NCBI GenBank assembly: GCA_041740355.1
Contig: JBGSMD010000038.1
Location: forward strand, 1-64,000
Source: Bdellovibrionota bacterium
GTDB lineage: Bacteria; Bdellovibrionota_C; UBA2361; CALJRW01
DNA: 64,000 nt
Direction: 5' to 3'
The stretch's first letter is position 1, and every line of letters begins with the position of its first letter. Below are positions 39,730 through 50,590 of this stretch, piece after piece. The position numbers and the translations under genes are program-made. A model generated the notes under the pieces. The model had not been told where the DNA came from. It searched no databases and saw nothing but the letters and a program-made list of their open reading frames with translations.

Positions 39730-41862
39730 TTAAATAATCATCCGCACATCAACAACTTTACCTCCCAATCCTTGCTCATAAACAAGTAGTGGATTTAAGT
39801 CGATCTCTTTAATCTCGGGAAAGTCAGTAACTAATTGTGAAAGTCTAAGTAAACAATCTTCTAAGAGTTGCAGATCTACAGGTTTAAATCCTCTGGTGCC
39901 AGCAAGTATCGGGTAGGTCTTGATCGACTCAATCATTCTGGTTGCACTAGCTTTTCGAATCGGCGCCCTTCTAAAAGATACATCTTTAAATATTTCAACA
40001 TATGTACCACCTAATCCAAACATTAGGAGTGGACCCAATTGTGGATCCCGATGCATGCCAAGAATAACTTCCCGTCCACCTTTAGGTGCCATTTCTTGTA
40101 ACCAAATCCCGGTAATATTGGCCATTGGTTGATGTTTTAAGACCTCTTTAATCATCTTTTTATAGGCAGGCAAGATCTCTTCTTCTGAAGTGATATTTAA
40201 AATAACTCCACCGACATCAATTTTATGAATAATATCAGGAGAAACTATTTTCATAGCTAGTGGATATGCTAGCTTTTTGGATTCCTTAAGAGCTGTGATT
40301 TCATTTTTTGCAAAGGCAGATTTTAGCATTGGAAATCCATAGATACTTAGAATTTCTTCGACATCTGCAGCTGGAATTTGATTGAGTTTTGCTTTCTTAC
40401 TTTTTTTAATTATTGCTTGCGCTTTTTTAAAATCAACTTGGTACTCCACAAAATTTGATTTAGGTCGGCTTATCCAACTATGATATTCAAACATTCTTCC
40501 AAGAACATTTGCTGCTGACTCAGGAAATGGATAATGAGGAATTCCATTTGCTCTCAATATTTCGACACCTTTAGAAACATCGACAATTCCCATGAATGTA
40601 GCCAATAAAGGTTTCTTTTTCTTCTTCCCATACTTAGCAACGATCCTTGCCGCCTCTTCAATGTCCGTCATTGATTGGGGAGTTAGGATCACTAATACGG
40701 CATCAACATTTGGGTCATTGTAAACTCCATGAAGTGCTGCTTGATAACGATCGCTTAAAGCATCGCCGATAATATCGATTGGATTATTCAAACTAGCTGT
40801 ACTTGGAAGATGTTTTTTCAATTCTAGAATAGTTTCAGGATTGAGTTTAGCCAATCTTAATCCAGCTCTGATTGAAGCATCAGTAGCCATAATTCCTGGG
40901 CCACCAGCATTGGTAATTATTGCAATTCTGTTCCCCTTAGGAAGGGGCTGATTTGCAAAACCAACCGAAAGATCAAAAAGCTCACTCACCGTATCAACTC
41001 TTAAAATTCCAGACTGTGCAAATATTGCATCGTAAGATTCATCCGTTCCAGCCAGAGAACCAGTGTGAGAAGATGCCGCTTCCGCGCCAGCTGCTGTTCT
41101 TCCAGATTTTATAGCTAAGATTGGCTTGGTACTCGTTTGTTCCCGAGTAATCTTACTACTAACATCAATTAGTTTTTTTGCATCTATAAAATCCTCGATA
41201 TACATTAAGATAACATTCGTTAACGGATCGTTACCTAAATATTCCAATATGGTCACTTCATTTGATTGCGCTTTATTTCCAATACTTACAAACTTGGAAA
41301 AGCCCATATCAATGCCTTTGGCATAATCTAAAATGGCAGTACAAAGAGCGCCACTTTGCGAGACAAAAGCAATTGGCTCTTGTTTGGGCATAGTTCTGGC
41401 AAAACTAGCATTAAGTGAAACGTTAGGATCGGTATTAATAACACCCAAACAATTTGGTCCGACCAATGTCATCTTGAATTTATCAACAAGCCTCCGAACC
41501 TCTTGCTCTAAAAGTAAACCTTCAGCACCTACTTCTTTAAATCCAGCAGAGACAATAACAATTCCTTTAACCCCTTTTTTGGCACAATCTTTAATTACAG
41601 CTGGAACTAACTGCGCCTTTACGATTAAGACGGCAAGATCAACACTATCGGGAACATCTTTAATTGTCGGATATGTTTTAATACTAAGAATACTCTTAGA
41701 ACTTGGATTAACAGGATAAACAACTCCAGTGAATCCCCCCTTTAAAATATTATCTAAGATGCTGTAACCAACCGACCCCTTTCGCGAGGAGGCTCCAATC
41801 ACAGCAATTGAAGTTGGAGCAAAAACACTATCGCAATTTTGAAAATTAGTTTCTTTTGACAT
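39730..41862 (-). CDS. Acetate--CoA ligase (ADP-forming), fused alpha/beta
   Basis: IAVIGAS, GPNCLG, SQSGA, SHTGSLAG, NPIDIIGD, HKIDVGGV, DLNPL. Confidence 0.9.
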   Translation of the reverse strand: MSKETNFQNCDSVFAPTSIAVIGASSRKGSVGYSILDNILKGGFTGVVYPVNPSSKSILSIKTYPTIKDVPDSVDLAVLIVKAQLVPAVIKDCAKKGVKGIVIVSAGFKEVGAEGLLLEQEVRRLVDKFKMTLVGPNCLGVINTDPNVSLNASFARTMPKQEPIAFVSQSGALCTAILDYAKGIDMGFSKFVSIGNKAQSNEVTILEYLGNDPLTNVILMYIEDFIDAKKLIDVSSKITREQTSTKPILAIKSGRTAAGAEAASSHTGSLAGTDESYDAIFAQSGILRVDTVSELFDLSVGFANQPLPKGNRIAIITNAGGPGIMATDASIRAGLRLAKLNPETILELKKHLPSTASLNNPIDIIGDALSDRYQAALHGVYNDPNVDAVLVILTPQSMTDIEEAARIVAKYGKKKKKPLLATFMGIVDVSKGVEILRANGIPHYPFPESAANVLGRMFEYHSWISRPKSNFVEYQVDFKKAQAIIKKSKKAKLNQIPAADVEEILSIYGFPMLKSAFAKNEITALKESKKLAYPLAMKIVSPDIIHKIDVGGVILNITSEEEILPAYKKMIKEVLKHQPMANITGIWLQEMAPKGGREVILGMHRDPQLGPLLMFGLGGTYVEIFKDVSFRRAPIRKASATRMIESIKTYPILAGTRGFKPVDLQLLEDCLLRLSQLVTDFPEIKEIDLNPLLVYEQGLGGKVVDVRMII

Positions 41863-42372
41863 TATTAGAATTAGTTATTAACAAATTCAATCTACTAGAC
41901 AATAAGAAAAAATGAAACTTATTGTTATAATTAAATACATAGATGAGTGCTTTCAAATTTGATGTCATTGATTATGGATCTTACATCCTTCAATTTAAAC
42001 CCCTAGGGATCTGCCCCGATAAGCAACTTAATCTTCAAGCCCTAAGTGAGACTTAATTTTTATTACATGCAAATCTTTATAGTTAGTGATTTTTTTGGAT
42101 TGAAGTAATTTTGGGCAATCTTAAATGAAGACTCACCATTTCATAAGATAACTTCAATGAGAAAAATGAATTAGAATTATTTACCGGAACGATACTCTCG
42201 TAAGCATAGTAAAAGAAAGCTACAATTTACTGCTAGAGCCAGAAAAAGTCTCGTTGCAATTTGATATTGCTCAATAAGCAACTGGCCTAGAAAGCTTAAC
42301 TCTATAAAAAATATTTACTTCGATGTTTAACAGAGAATTATAATAGAATATATTAAAAAATTTAAATCAAGT

Positions 42373-42939
42373 TTACTCCCTTGATACTTTCAGCCAAGCT
42401 CGTTTAGCATTTGCCAAGGCAATTAAAGCAATCGCCGGATTAATGTCTGGAGAGTTCTTACAAAGTTCTTGTGCCAAAATTGTTGGAACTAGATCCCCTA
42501 TTTCAATAACTAAGGGTGCTAGATTCTCTAAGTGTGTTAGAGAAAGGTCAGCTAGTTCAGTTGAATCAAGAGCCAGAGCAATAGTATGTAGTAAAGTATT
42601 ACTCATCGTAATTCGATTAAGTGTCGCATAATCATCGCGCAAAATACTAGCTACATAACCACTACAAGTCTCTGTAGATTTCTTTGCCAGTTGAATACTT
42701 CTTGCATTATTTTTTAGCTGTAAAGATTTCGGGATTTTCTCTAATTTATCTAACAATTGATTTAAAGGTGTAAAGTGCTTTTCTAAAAGTTGACTAGCTT
42801 GTCTTAATATTTTTTTAGCATCATCATAATCAGTGCTTTCCAATTCGACTAATTGTTCTTGAATTAAGGCATAAAGATCTTCTTCGATCGAGATTTGTTC
42901 ACTCAAGTATTTTAATAGGATATCTTTTTGTTCGGTCAT
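42373..42939 (-). CDS. Helical hypothetical protein (possibly ferritin-like)
   Basis: LRDDYATLN..SNTLLHTIALAL..LADL..HL. Confidence 0.65.
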   Translation of the reverse strand: MTEQKDILLKYLSEQISIEEDLYALIQEQLVELESTDYDDAKKILRQASQLLEKHFTPLNQLLDKLEKIPKSLQLKNNARSIQLAKKSTETCSGYVASILRDDYATLNRITMSNTLLHTIALALDSTELADLSLTHLENLAPLVIEIGDLVPTILAQELCKNSPDINPAIALIALANAKRAWLKVSRE

Positions 42940-43200
42940 ATGTCAGATGTTTTAAAAAATTAGATTATTCTATGTATTAATATTTAAATATGATTAAACG
43001 CATACTGAACTTGATATCTGAGCTATCTCAATACAAAAAGTTTGCAACCTTTAAACTGGACAGACAGCTCATTCTTAACCCTATGTTATTGATAAGTTCT
43101 TAATGTGCCTCCGCCGGCGTTCTATGGAAAATGACGGACAAGTAGAAATAGCCACAGCAACCTGGCACAAAATCAAAAAAATTCTTGATTTAATATAACC

Positions 43201-43448
43201 TACTCTTTTGATACTTTCAGCCAAGCCTGCTCAGCATTTGCTAGGGCGATTAGAGCAATCGCCGGATTAATTTCTGGAGAATCCTTACAAAGTTCTTTAG
43301 TCAAAATTGTTGGAACCTAGTCTCCAATTTCAAAAAATATTGGAACTAGATTCTCAAAGTGTGTTAAGGAAAGATTAGCTAGTTCCTTAGAATCGAGGGC
43401 AAGAGCAATCGTATGCAACAAGCTATTACTCATCGTAATAAGATTAAG
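43201..43448 (-). pseudogene. Degenerate copy of the 3' half of the 42373-42939 gene
   Basis: Aligns with 42374-42621 with substitutions and an indel (TGGAACCTAG vs TGGAACTAG). Confidence 0.8.
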
Positions 43449-43607
43449 AAATGTTAATCGCTTGCCCAAGTTTTAGTGTTTAGCCTAAAAGTTGCTTTAC
43501 TTCGGAATCAAGTAACAATTCTTCCACGATATTAATGATGAAGTGAACTTGGTCTTCCTCTTTGGAGCCAGTCAACTTTATGGGCATAAATCAAAAGGTA
43601 AAATTAT

Positions 43608-46559
43608 TTATTTTACATTCACCTTTCGAATCTTACTGCTCTGAGTAAGACCAGTAGCTACTGTTTGTACGTCATAAGAAAAACGAATCGATCCGGTTTT
43701 TAACTTGGAGATTTTTGTCTTATTTTTTCCAACTTGAATTACCTTAGATTTGGAGAACTTAGGCTTGCTCCTTTTTGTTGCTCTACCCATAATCTTACAT
43801 TCGTCTGACGCAATTATACCCGCTGGTAATGTTAAAGTCGCAACACTATCTTTTATTTTAACCGCAGGGGCAGAAAGAATAGAGCCAAAACAAGGAGTTG
43901 CCGTCGGCGTAGGAGTGGGTGTTACCGTCGGCGTGGGAGTGGGTGTTGCCGTCGGCGTGGGTGTCGGTTCGGGTGCTACGGTAACCAAGGTAGTCGCGGA
44001 TGCGCTATCATCTGATGTATTGATTCGAGTTTGCTCAGCGAAGCCGATAGTCGCTGTATTCACGATAGAGCTAACGGCCGTAGAAGAACCTACGCTAAAA
44101 GTAAGAGTCAAAGTTGCCGAATCGCCATTAACAAGATCTCCAATTATCCATACTCCATTGTTGGCATTAAAACTTCCAACACTTTGAAGAGCTGATACAA
44201 AAATTACTCCAGCTGGCAGAACCTGTTCATTATTGATTGTTAGACCTGTGATATCATTCGGTCCATTATTACTCACAGTTACCGTGAAAACAGTATTACC
44301 AGATCCGGCTTCAACGCTGGCAGTTCCAGTAACGGAAACAATTAAATCACTCGGCGGAGCAAGATATCCTATTCCTGTTAAAGCACCACTAGTAGAGAGC
44401 GTATTCGAAGGTAATGTGATCGGTGTTAGCAAGGATCCATTTGCTGAGTTAACTAGAAAGCTAGTAAAACTTCTGGAAGACCCATTTGCCATAAATAAAT
44501 AGGCTTCAGAAAAGTTAAAAGTCATAGGACCAGACGCCACCGTGGCTCCAAACGGCGAGCCACTAACTGGCGCTAGAGTCGTTGCAGCTCCGCTCCCATT
44601 TATAGCGTAAACTCCGATGCTATTAGTGTTGCGATCTCCAACCAAATAAAATCCCTCTCGATGAACCAAGCCTTGAGAAGCTGCCGTGCCAAGTCCAGAT
44701 GAGAATGGATTGCCATCAACTGCGGTCAATATCCCATTTGCTGAGGAAAATGCCCGCACTAGACCCGAAGTAAAATTAGACATAAAGAATCTTCCCTCAA
44801 GATCCGTGGCATAAGCGACTGGTAAAGACACGCCATCAAAAGGAGAACTTCCCAATAGTGATAACACACCAGTGATACTATCAACACTGTACCCCGCAAT
44901 GGACGCGCTATTTCCACCTGCATATAAAAAGCTACCATCTCGACTAAAAACTGAATCAAATGGTCGAGCCAAACCAGCACTGAAAGGGCTACCTTCCGCT
45001 AGAGTTGCAGAAGTGGCACTAACATTAAAACTTTGCACTGAGCCTGATCCATCTCCGACTATAACAGGTGAACCACTTGGGTGGATAGAAATAGTATTCC
45101 AGGCACCAGTTCCTAGAGCAACGGGTGAGTATAAGGAAGTAAGAAAACCAGATAAAGGATCGATAGAAAATGTACTCAATGTATCTGAGCCCTCATTGAC
45201 TACATAGAGTCTGGAGTTTAATTTATCCACTGCAAGTCGTTCAATATCTGTGGTAGTACCTCCTCCATTACCGCCGGAATTAATTGGAAATCCGCTAAGC
45301 GGAGCCAAAGAGCCCGTAGCTTCATTTACAGAGAACGCAAATATTTTATTACCCGTGACACTGTCATTTAAGGAATAAAGTAAACCAGAAGTTGGTGGAA
45401 GGTAAACCATTCCGTTGCTTATTCCAGCGCTTCCTAGAGTGTCAATTGCTTGAGTAGAGGGCGCGCTTAGAATGCCAGTGCTAGCATCAATTGCAAATCT
45501 GCTAATATTTCTAGTGCCCCCGTTAAGAACATACAGGAAGGTTCCCGATTGATTTAATAAACCTTGATTGCTTGAAGTTCCGCCTGGAGTGAAAGGTGAC
45601 CCAGCGACAGCTGCTAAAGTTGTTGCCGCACCACTACCAGAAATTTGATAAACACCTACTTTAGAATTACGATCAACAACAATATAATATCCATTGGGGT
45701 GCAAGATCCCAGCAATTGCTCCACTTGCAAGTCCTGAGGCAAAAGGATTTCCTGAGGCGGCAGTAGGAATCCCAGCCGCTGTTGTAAACACTCGTAATTG
45801 GTTGGCAGAAAAATTTGCCATAAATAGGCGCCCTGAAGGGTCTGTTGCATAAGCGTTAGGAAAGTTATCTCCACTTAAAAAGGGGGATCCAGCTAAAGCG
45901 GTCAACACGCCGGTGCTTGAGTTTACACCAAAACTAGCAAAGCTGTTTCCCGAACTTCCACCTGTATAAACGAAAGATCCATCCTGACTAAATGCTATTG
46001 CAAGAGGTCCAGCAGAACCAGTAGTAAAGGGACTTCCAGTGCTTGCTGTAGCTGAAGTTGCTGTAATCTGAAAACTTGCTAGGACGTTACCAGTTGCATC
46101 ACCTACTACCACGGGAGAACCACTGGGATGAACAGCTACGGTTCTCCAATTTCCACCCCCCAAAGCGATAGGACTGAAGGGCATGGCAGTAAGAGCCCCA
46201 CTACTTCTATTTATAGAAAATACACTTAAAGTTTCAGAGTCATTATTGATCGCATAGAGTCTTAGGTTAACTCTGTCCAAACTTAGAATATGAGAATTAT
46301 TAGCGGCGATAGAAGTACCTCCAGTTGCTACGGGAAAACCTGATAAGGCTGTTAGCGATCCAGTAATTTCATCAACTGAAAAGCCATTAATAGAATTGCC
46401 CGAAATATCACTAGAGATGGTATAGAGTAATCCAGAATCTGCTAGTACTTCTGTGGATGCTGTAATTGATACAGAAATTAAACAAATTGAGGATGCTAGT
46501 AAAAGCAAAACGGAAAAGCTAATTTTTCTTAAAAGTCTAACAATGGAGGCATGCTTCAT
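43608..46559 (-). CDS. Secreted double lactonase-type beta-propeller protein with DUF11 domain and PT linker
   Basis: Repeated GSPF blades in two homologous halves; TVTVSNNGPND...WIIGDL (DUF11); (PT)n; basic C-terminal domain. Confidence 0.85.
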   Translation of the reverse strand: MKHASIVRLLRKISFSVLLLLASSICLISVSITASTEVLADSGLLYTISSDISGNSINGFSVDEITGSLTALSGFPVATGGTSIAANNSHILSLDRVNLRLYAINNDSETLSVFSINRSSGALTAMPFSPIALGGGNWRTVAVHPSGSPVVVGDATGNVLASFQITATSATASTGSPFTTGSAGPLAIAFSQDGSFVYTGGSSGNSFASFGVNSSTGVLTALAGSPFLSGDNFPNAYATDPSGRLFMANFSANQLRVFTTAAGIPTAASGNPFASGLASGAIAGILHPNGYYIVVDRNSKVGVYQISGSGAATTLAAVAGSPFTPGGTSSNQGLLNQSGTFLYVLNGGTRNISRFAIDASTGILSAPSTQAIDTLGSAGISNGMVYLPPTSGLLYSLNDSVTGNKIFAFSVNEATGSLAPLSGFPINSGGNGGGTTTDIERLAVDKLNSRLYVVNEGSDTLSTFSIDPLSGFLTSLYSPVALGTGAWNTISIHPSGSPVIVGDGSGSVQSFNVSATSATLAEGSPFSAGLARPFDSVFSRDGSFLYAGGNSASIAGYSVDSITGVLSLLGSSPFDGVSLPVAYATDLEGRFFMSNFTSGLVRAFSSANGILTAVDGNPFSSGLGTAASQGLVHREGFYLVGDRNTNSIGVYAINGSGAATTLAPVSGSPFGATVASGPMTFNFSEAYLFMANGSSRSFTSFLVNSANGSLLTPITLPSNTLSTSGALTGIGYLAPPSDLIVSVTGTASVEAGSGNTVFTVTVSNNGPNDITGLTINNEQVLPAGVIFVSALQSVGSFNANNGVWIIGDLVNGDSATLTLTFSVGSSTAVSSIVNTATIGFAEQTRINTSDDSASATTLVTVAPEPTPTPTATPTPTPTVTPTPTPTATPCFGSILSAPAVKIKDSVATLTLPAGIIASDECKIMGRATKRSKPKFSKSKVIQVGKNKTKISKLKTGSIRFSYDVQTVATGLTQSSKIRKVNVK

Positions 46560-46758
46560 ATTTTAAATCCATATTATTAATAAGCCTAAATGCTCTTTGA
46601 TCGAATTTGATATAGACTAGACTAAACAAACTTTGATTACTACTGAAAACTATCTGAGGCTCTAGCTTTCTACCCTTTTTCAAAATTTATATAGTCCTTT
46701 CATCTTCATCTTGTGGTACGTAACTTTATTCTGATTTGAAGTAAGGTGATTTACCTAG

Positions 46759-47049
46759 AACTGCGAGCTACCGGGGATATTACGACGACAAGAAAGTACA
46801 TATAACCAGATATTAAATTTTGGACATCTTCAATTTGAGAGAGATTTATTCATGCGTAACTGGATTATTTCTGACGAATTTCAGGACTAAAATGAATTTG
46901 CAAAGACCAGCGCAGATCATAATGTAACAACAACAGTTACTTTCAATCCTAGCCAATTGGCTTTAGGAACCTACTATTTCTATTTTACATATGGCACTCA
47001 GGAAGGAGACGAGGAAAATGATATTTATCAAATAAAAATTATCAATTAG
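46759..47049 (+). pseudogene. Gene remnant (Ig-like C-terminus) with internal stop
   Basis: ...FMRNWIISDEFQD*NEFAKTSADHNVTTTVTFNPSQLALGTYYFYF...; no start codon. Confidence 0.4.
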
Positions 47050-47074
47050 TTTTCAATCTCAATCTTGTGCGAGA

Positions 47075-48124
47075 CTACTTAGTATTATCAGTATATTTTA
47101 CTATGGCTCTAATATTAAAGTATGGTGTTTCTTTTGCTGCATTAACCACTGTACCAAAGAAAACTTTCAGAAAATTTGGATTAGCCGGAAATCTTAAGGC
47201 ATTATTTATACTTCTATTAAACGGAACACTCTGCTTCTGAGCGTTAAGTGGAATGATAATAGGGTCCGAAGTCAGGTCAACAGAGATTACTTTAATTATT
47301 GGAGTCATGACAATAGTTAGTGGGACATCCCCTCCTGAAAGAATCTGATTTACCATTAGTTCTGTGCTGGCGCTTTTCCAAACAGGATCAGATGGAGCAA
47401 CAGCATTTGTTTTTTCTGCAAAGGCTCTTAGTTCGGCGAGGTTTGTGACATTTAGGCTAACGGGTATTACTGAATCTTCTCCTAATTTCAGTATCTTGGT
47501 ATTTGTTTTGATTACAGTTAGTTCTTCTTGAGTACCAGAAATAGTTATTTGCGAATCAAGAGTTCTGTATCCAACTGGAGCGATGTTGACTGTTGTTCCA
47601 GGTGCATAAGACTCTACTTTAAAGTCTTTTGGTCTCGGAGGAATGACCACATACCTCTGGCCATTAAAATATACTCGTGCCCTGTCGTAAGCAGTCGGTA
47701 TTGGGACTTCATAGCTTACAATTGGAGATGGTGAAGGATAACTTTGTGTTTCAACTGTTCGCGCAGTCGTAAAACTAACGGATAGAGTTAGGAAAGCTGG
47801 TGACTGCTTCAGCTCAGAAAACTTCTGAGAAATGATTTTAATATTTTCTGGATAATCAGCTACTTGAATAGGTCCGTCGGCATTTAACAAACGAAAGCTT
47901 CCCGAGGGGGACTTAGAATTAAAAATTGCTGAAGTGATTCGACTCATTGGTAGAAAGCCAATAGAAAGATTTTCTTTAACCATTACTGTCTTAAGCTCAG
48001 AAGAGCTGACTGGAGTCTTGTTGTCGGCATTTTGGGAATTTGCTCTGTCAGAGAATGCGGCACTAGCAAGTACGATCGCCTGAGTAACACCTAAGACCTG
48101 TTTTACTTTCGCTTTACTTTGCAT
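47075..48124 (-). CDS. Hypothetical exported protein
   Basis: 349-aa ORF, N-terminal hydrophobic stretch. Confidence 0.65.
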   Translation of the reverse strand: MQSKAKVKQVLGVTQAIVLASAAFSDRANSQNADNKTPVSSSELKTVMVKENLSIGFLPMSRITSAIFNSKSPSGSFRLLNADGPIQVADYPENIKIISQKFSELKQSPAFLTLSVSFTTARTVETQSYPSPSPIVSYEVPIPTAYDRARVYFNGQRYVVIPPRPKDFKVESYAPGTTVNIAPVGYRTLDSQITISGTQEELTVIKTNTKILKLGEDSVIPVSLNVTNLAELRAFAEKTNAVAPSDPVWKSASTELMVNQILSGGDVPLTIVMTPIIKVISVDLTSDPIIIPLNAQKQSVPFNRSINNALRFPANPNFLKVFFGTVVNAAKETPYFNIRAIVKYTDNTK

Positions 48125-48333
48125 CTCTAAAATCTACTTCTGAGAACTTAACTAGTCAAGATTTGACTAACACGTATCTATTCCTGATAGTTATTAAGCT
48201 TTATACAGAATTGTTGCATAAAAATTAATTTTATTTTTACACTGTGGCTAATAATATTTGTTAAAACAAAGTCTGACATACTGCTTTTTTTAGCAAAAAG
48301 AACCTGGCACAAGGTTAAATAATTTTAATTTAA

Positions 48334-48966
48334 CTAACCCACGATACGGATTGAACAATCACCAACTAAACAATACGCACCTAAAGGGAGTAACGTAATG
48401 CCAATTAAAGTATCCAAAACAATTGCTGGCGGATATAAAAACATCGCGAATGCTCTTTTAATAGGATCTCTTTTCTTAAAAAATTTATCTAAGGTAACGG
48501 AATGACATTTCTCTTCCTTTCCATTACAAGTCATCACAAATAAGTGATAATCTTTGGCATCGAAAAAAACTGGAGAAAGCAAGTCTTGCTTTCGATCTGG
48601 GAATGTATAAAGAATCTCTTGCTCTACAGCTTGATCACTAAAAAACACAGCAGGAGCATTCCCAATACGATGCTTGAATTTTGGATTCGGATAGTTTTTA
48701 ATTCCCGAGGGAGGAATTGGTGCCATATCTTTAATATCTATTGAAAACCAACCTGACTTATTCAATCCTAAGCAGTGGTTTTCAGTTCTTCCAATATACT
48801 GCCTTGAAATTCTTTTAACATCCAAGACCTTAGTTACAGTACAATGTTCCACTCCTATTTTATTTACTTCTAAAACAGCACAACCACTAATAAATGAAAT
48901 AATTAGAATTAAGGATAGCCTACTTAGAATACGATTTAAGTCTGAAAAAAGATTTTGATTCTTCAT
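48334..48966 (-). CDS. Hypothetical lipoprotein
   Basis: Lipobox ISGC; C-terminal PPAIVLDTLIGITLLP. Confidence 0.7.
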   Translation of the reverse strand: MKNQNLFSDLNRILSRLSLILIISFISGCAVLEVNKIGVEHCTVTKVLDVKRISRQYIGRTENHCLGLNKSGWFSIDIKDMAPIPPSGIKNYPNPKFKHRIGNAPAVFFSDQAVEQEILYTFPDRKQDLLSPVFFDAKDYHLFVMTCNGKEEKCHSVTLDKFFKKRDPIKRAFAMFLYPPAIVLDTLIGITLLPLGAYCLVGDCSIRIVG

Positions 48967-49053
48967 TCTTCCCTCTTCAAATTAGGAATAAATTTGTATC
49001 TGTTCATATAAAGATTATAAGTGCAATAAGAGCGAGTGACTTAGAAAAATCTT

Positions 49054-49137
49054 TTACATTGTAACAATAGCAGGGAAATCTAAAAAAATTTTGCTTTATT
49101 CAAGTGACTGTAGGGAAATTATAATGTTACAATGTAA
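49054..49137. repeat. 13-bp perfect inverted repeat pair
   Basis: TTACATTGTAACA ... TGTTACAATGTAA. Confidence 0.6.
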
Positions 49138-49288
49138 TTTTTATTACGAACCTGCAAATCTTTCATATCTAAAATATCACTAGTGAACGGAGGCTTGTGT
49201 AAAGTTACATGGTTCTTTAGTAGTAATTATCTAGTAAAGTTAAGGACATTCAGTCTTGTTTTTTAAGTTTTCTTCTTGAGCCATCTAC

Positions 49289-49528
49289 TTAATTATTAGA
49301 ATTTAGCCAACTTAAAAAACTTTTTTGCTTTAAGAAGTCAGTTCCGTTTGCCTTTGAAGGGAGGACTGTAAGTATGGAATAGACATTTGGCTCACCAATT
49401 TCTATCCAAAGGTCGTTATGATTATTTTCAAGTTCAATGATTAAGTCTTTAGCATTCTTGTAATACTTAATCGATGAAAATGTAAGCAAGCATGCAGAGA
49501 TTACTATTAGGATAATTAATATATGCAT
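49289..49528 (-). CDS. Small membrane protein, possibly truncated
   Basis: N-terminal TM then LENNHNDLWIEIGEP. Confidence 0.5.
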   Translation of the reverse strand: MHILIILIVISACLLTFSSIKYYKNAKDLIIELENNHNDLWIEIGEPNVYSILTVLPSKANGTDFLKQKSFLSWLNSNN

Positions 49529-49616
49529 AATTAAACAATTTCTGCCTGATAATAAATCAAATAATAGTTTTAGATTGAGTTGCCTAGCTCCATGTGAACA
49601 GTGAGCCCAGTCAATA

Positions 49617-49850
49617 CTAAGCTTGATCTTTAATAAAATCCCAAGGAATTTCTTTCTTAAAAATCTGTATACACTCTTCCATAAATTCTAGAGAAATTGA
49701 ATCATTGAAAATTTTTATCATTCGTGTTTTATCAGAATCATCACGAAAAATTTCAACTACCAGTTTGTCGTCTCTATAAACTTCAATTCCAATTCCATCT
49801 CTTGTACTTACATCACTTACGATGATGGTTCTATTTTTGAACTCTGACAT
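49617..49850 (-). CDS. Small acidic hypothetical protein
   Basis: SDVSTRDGIGIEVY..VEIFRDD; AAGGA RBS. Confidence 0.7.
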   Translation of the reverse strand: MSEFKNRTIIVSDVSTRDGIGIEVYRDDKLVVEIFRDDSDKTRMIKIFNDSISLEFMEECIQIFKKEIPWDFIKDQA

Positions 49851-49973
49851 AAATTATCCTTTAGGTTTATATAATATATGAATTTTAAATCTACGATGAT
49901 TTAAAATATATTTACATTGATTGTTTAAAAGTCTAAAGGCCTTGAACAAATTAACCGACGATAAATTTTAGCC

Positions 49974-50111
49974 AAAAAAAAAGCCTGCCATAAAGCTTTC
50001 ACTTTATATCAGGCATAATCTTGGCAACAACCTACTTTCCCGGGAATCCCCAGTATCATCAGCACATAAGAGCTTGACTACCGTGTTCGGAATGAGAACG
50101 GGTATTTCTCT
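49974..50111 (-). pseudogene. 5'-truncated 5S rRNA copy plus terminator (copy 3)
   Basis: Matches 54109-54247; lacks the first ~19 nt of 5S. Confidence 0.9.
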
Positions 50112-50590
50112 GATGAAAGCTGCTTGGCTACGAGTAAAGAATAATAACAATCTCGTTTTTAAGGTAGTTTAGCTATGCTCGAAGGAAAATTAATGATTTC
50201 TCATAAATAATATAGAGGTATAAGATAATCTAAATTTAAAACAGATAATTACTTTTTAGAAAGATGCCTAGCGTTCCTACAGATCTTTTTACCTTACTTC
50301 AAGATAACTTCACTATTTCAATGCAGGTTAACTATGCAACAGCTGAGATTTTCCATTTAGAGCCAGTCAAATTTGCTAGCCAAGCATATCACCCTAAGGA
50401 CTGATAATTGTTCGTAATCAACTCTTTCTACTTATTCCCGATAAATACATTGTTAGAGTTGGGGGGACTAAGAAATTGGGGAATTTGAAGCATTTTAATG
50501 CCTCAAATAGCTTGTTGCCATTTCTGACTATTCTGCAATAGATTAAGGAAAAGTCTTGGCTAATGCGTAGTCTTGTGATATAAAGTCGAA

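Noticed and set aside
43750-45874. Antisense and alternative-frame ORFs over the beta-propeller gene (likewise over dsbD, nadC, acs and the acetate-CoA ligase)
   Set aside because: Shadows of well-supported genes.
31461-48310. TGGCAC hexamers as sigma54 promoters (about 31461, 37456, 43163, 48305)
   Set aside because: None has the TTGC -12 element at the required spacing.
49289-49850. Small co-oriented orphan genes as integron cassettes
   Set aside because: No attC-like inverted repeat found after the stops.
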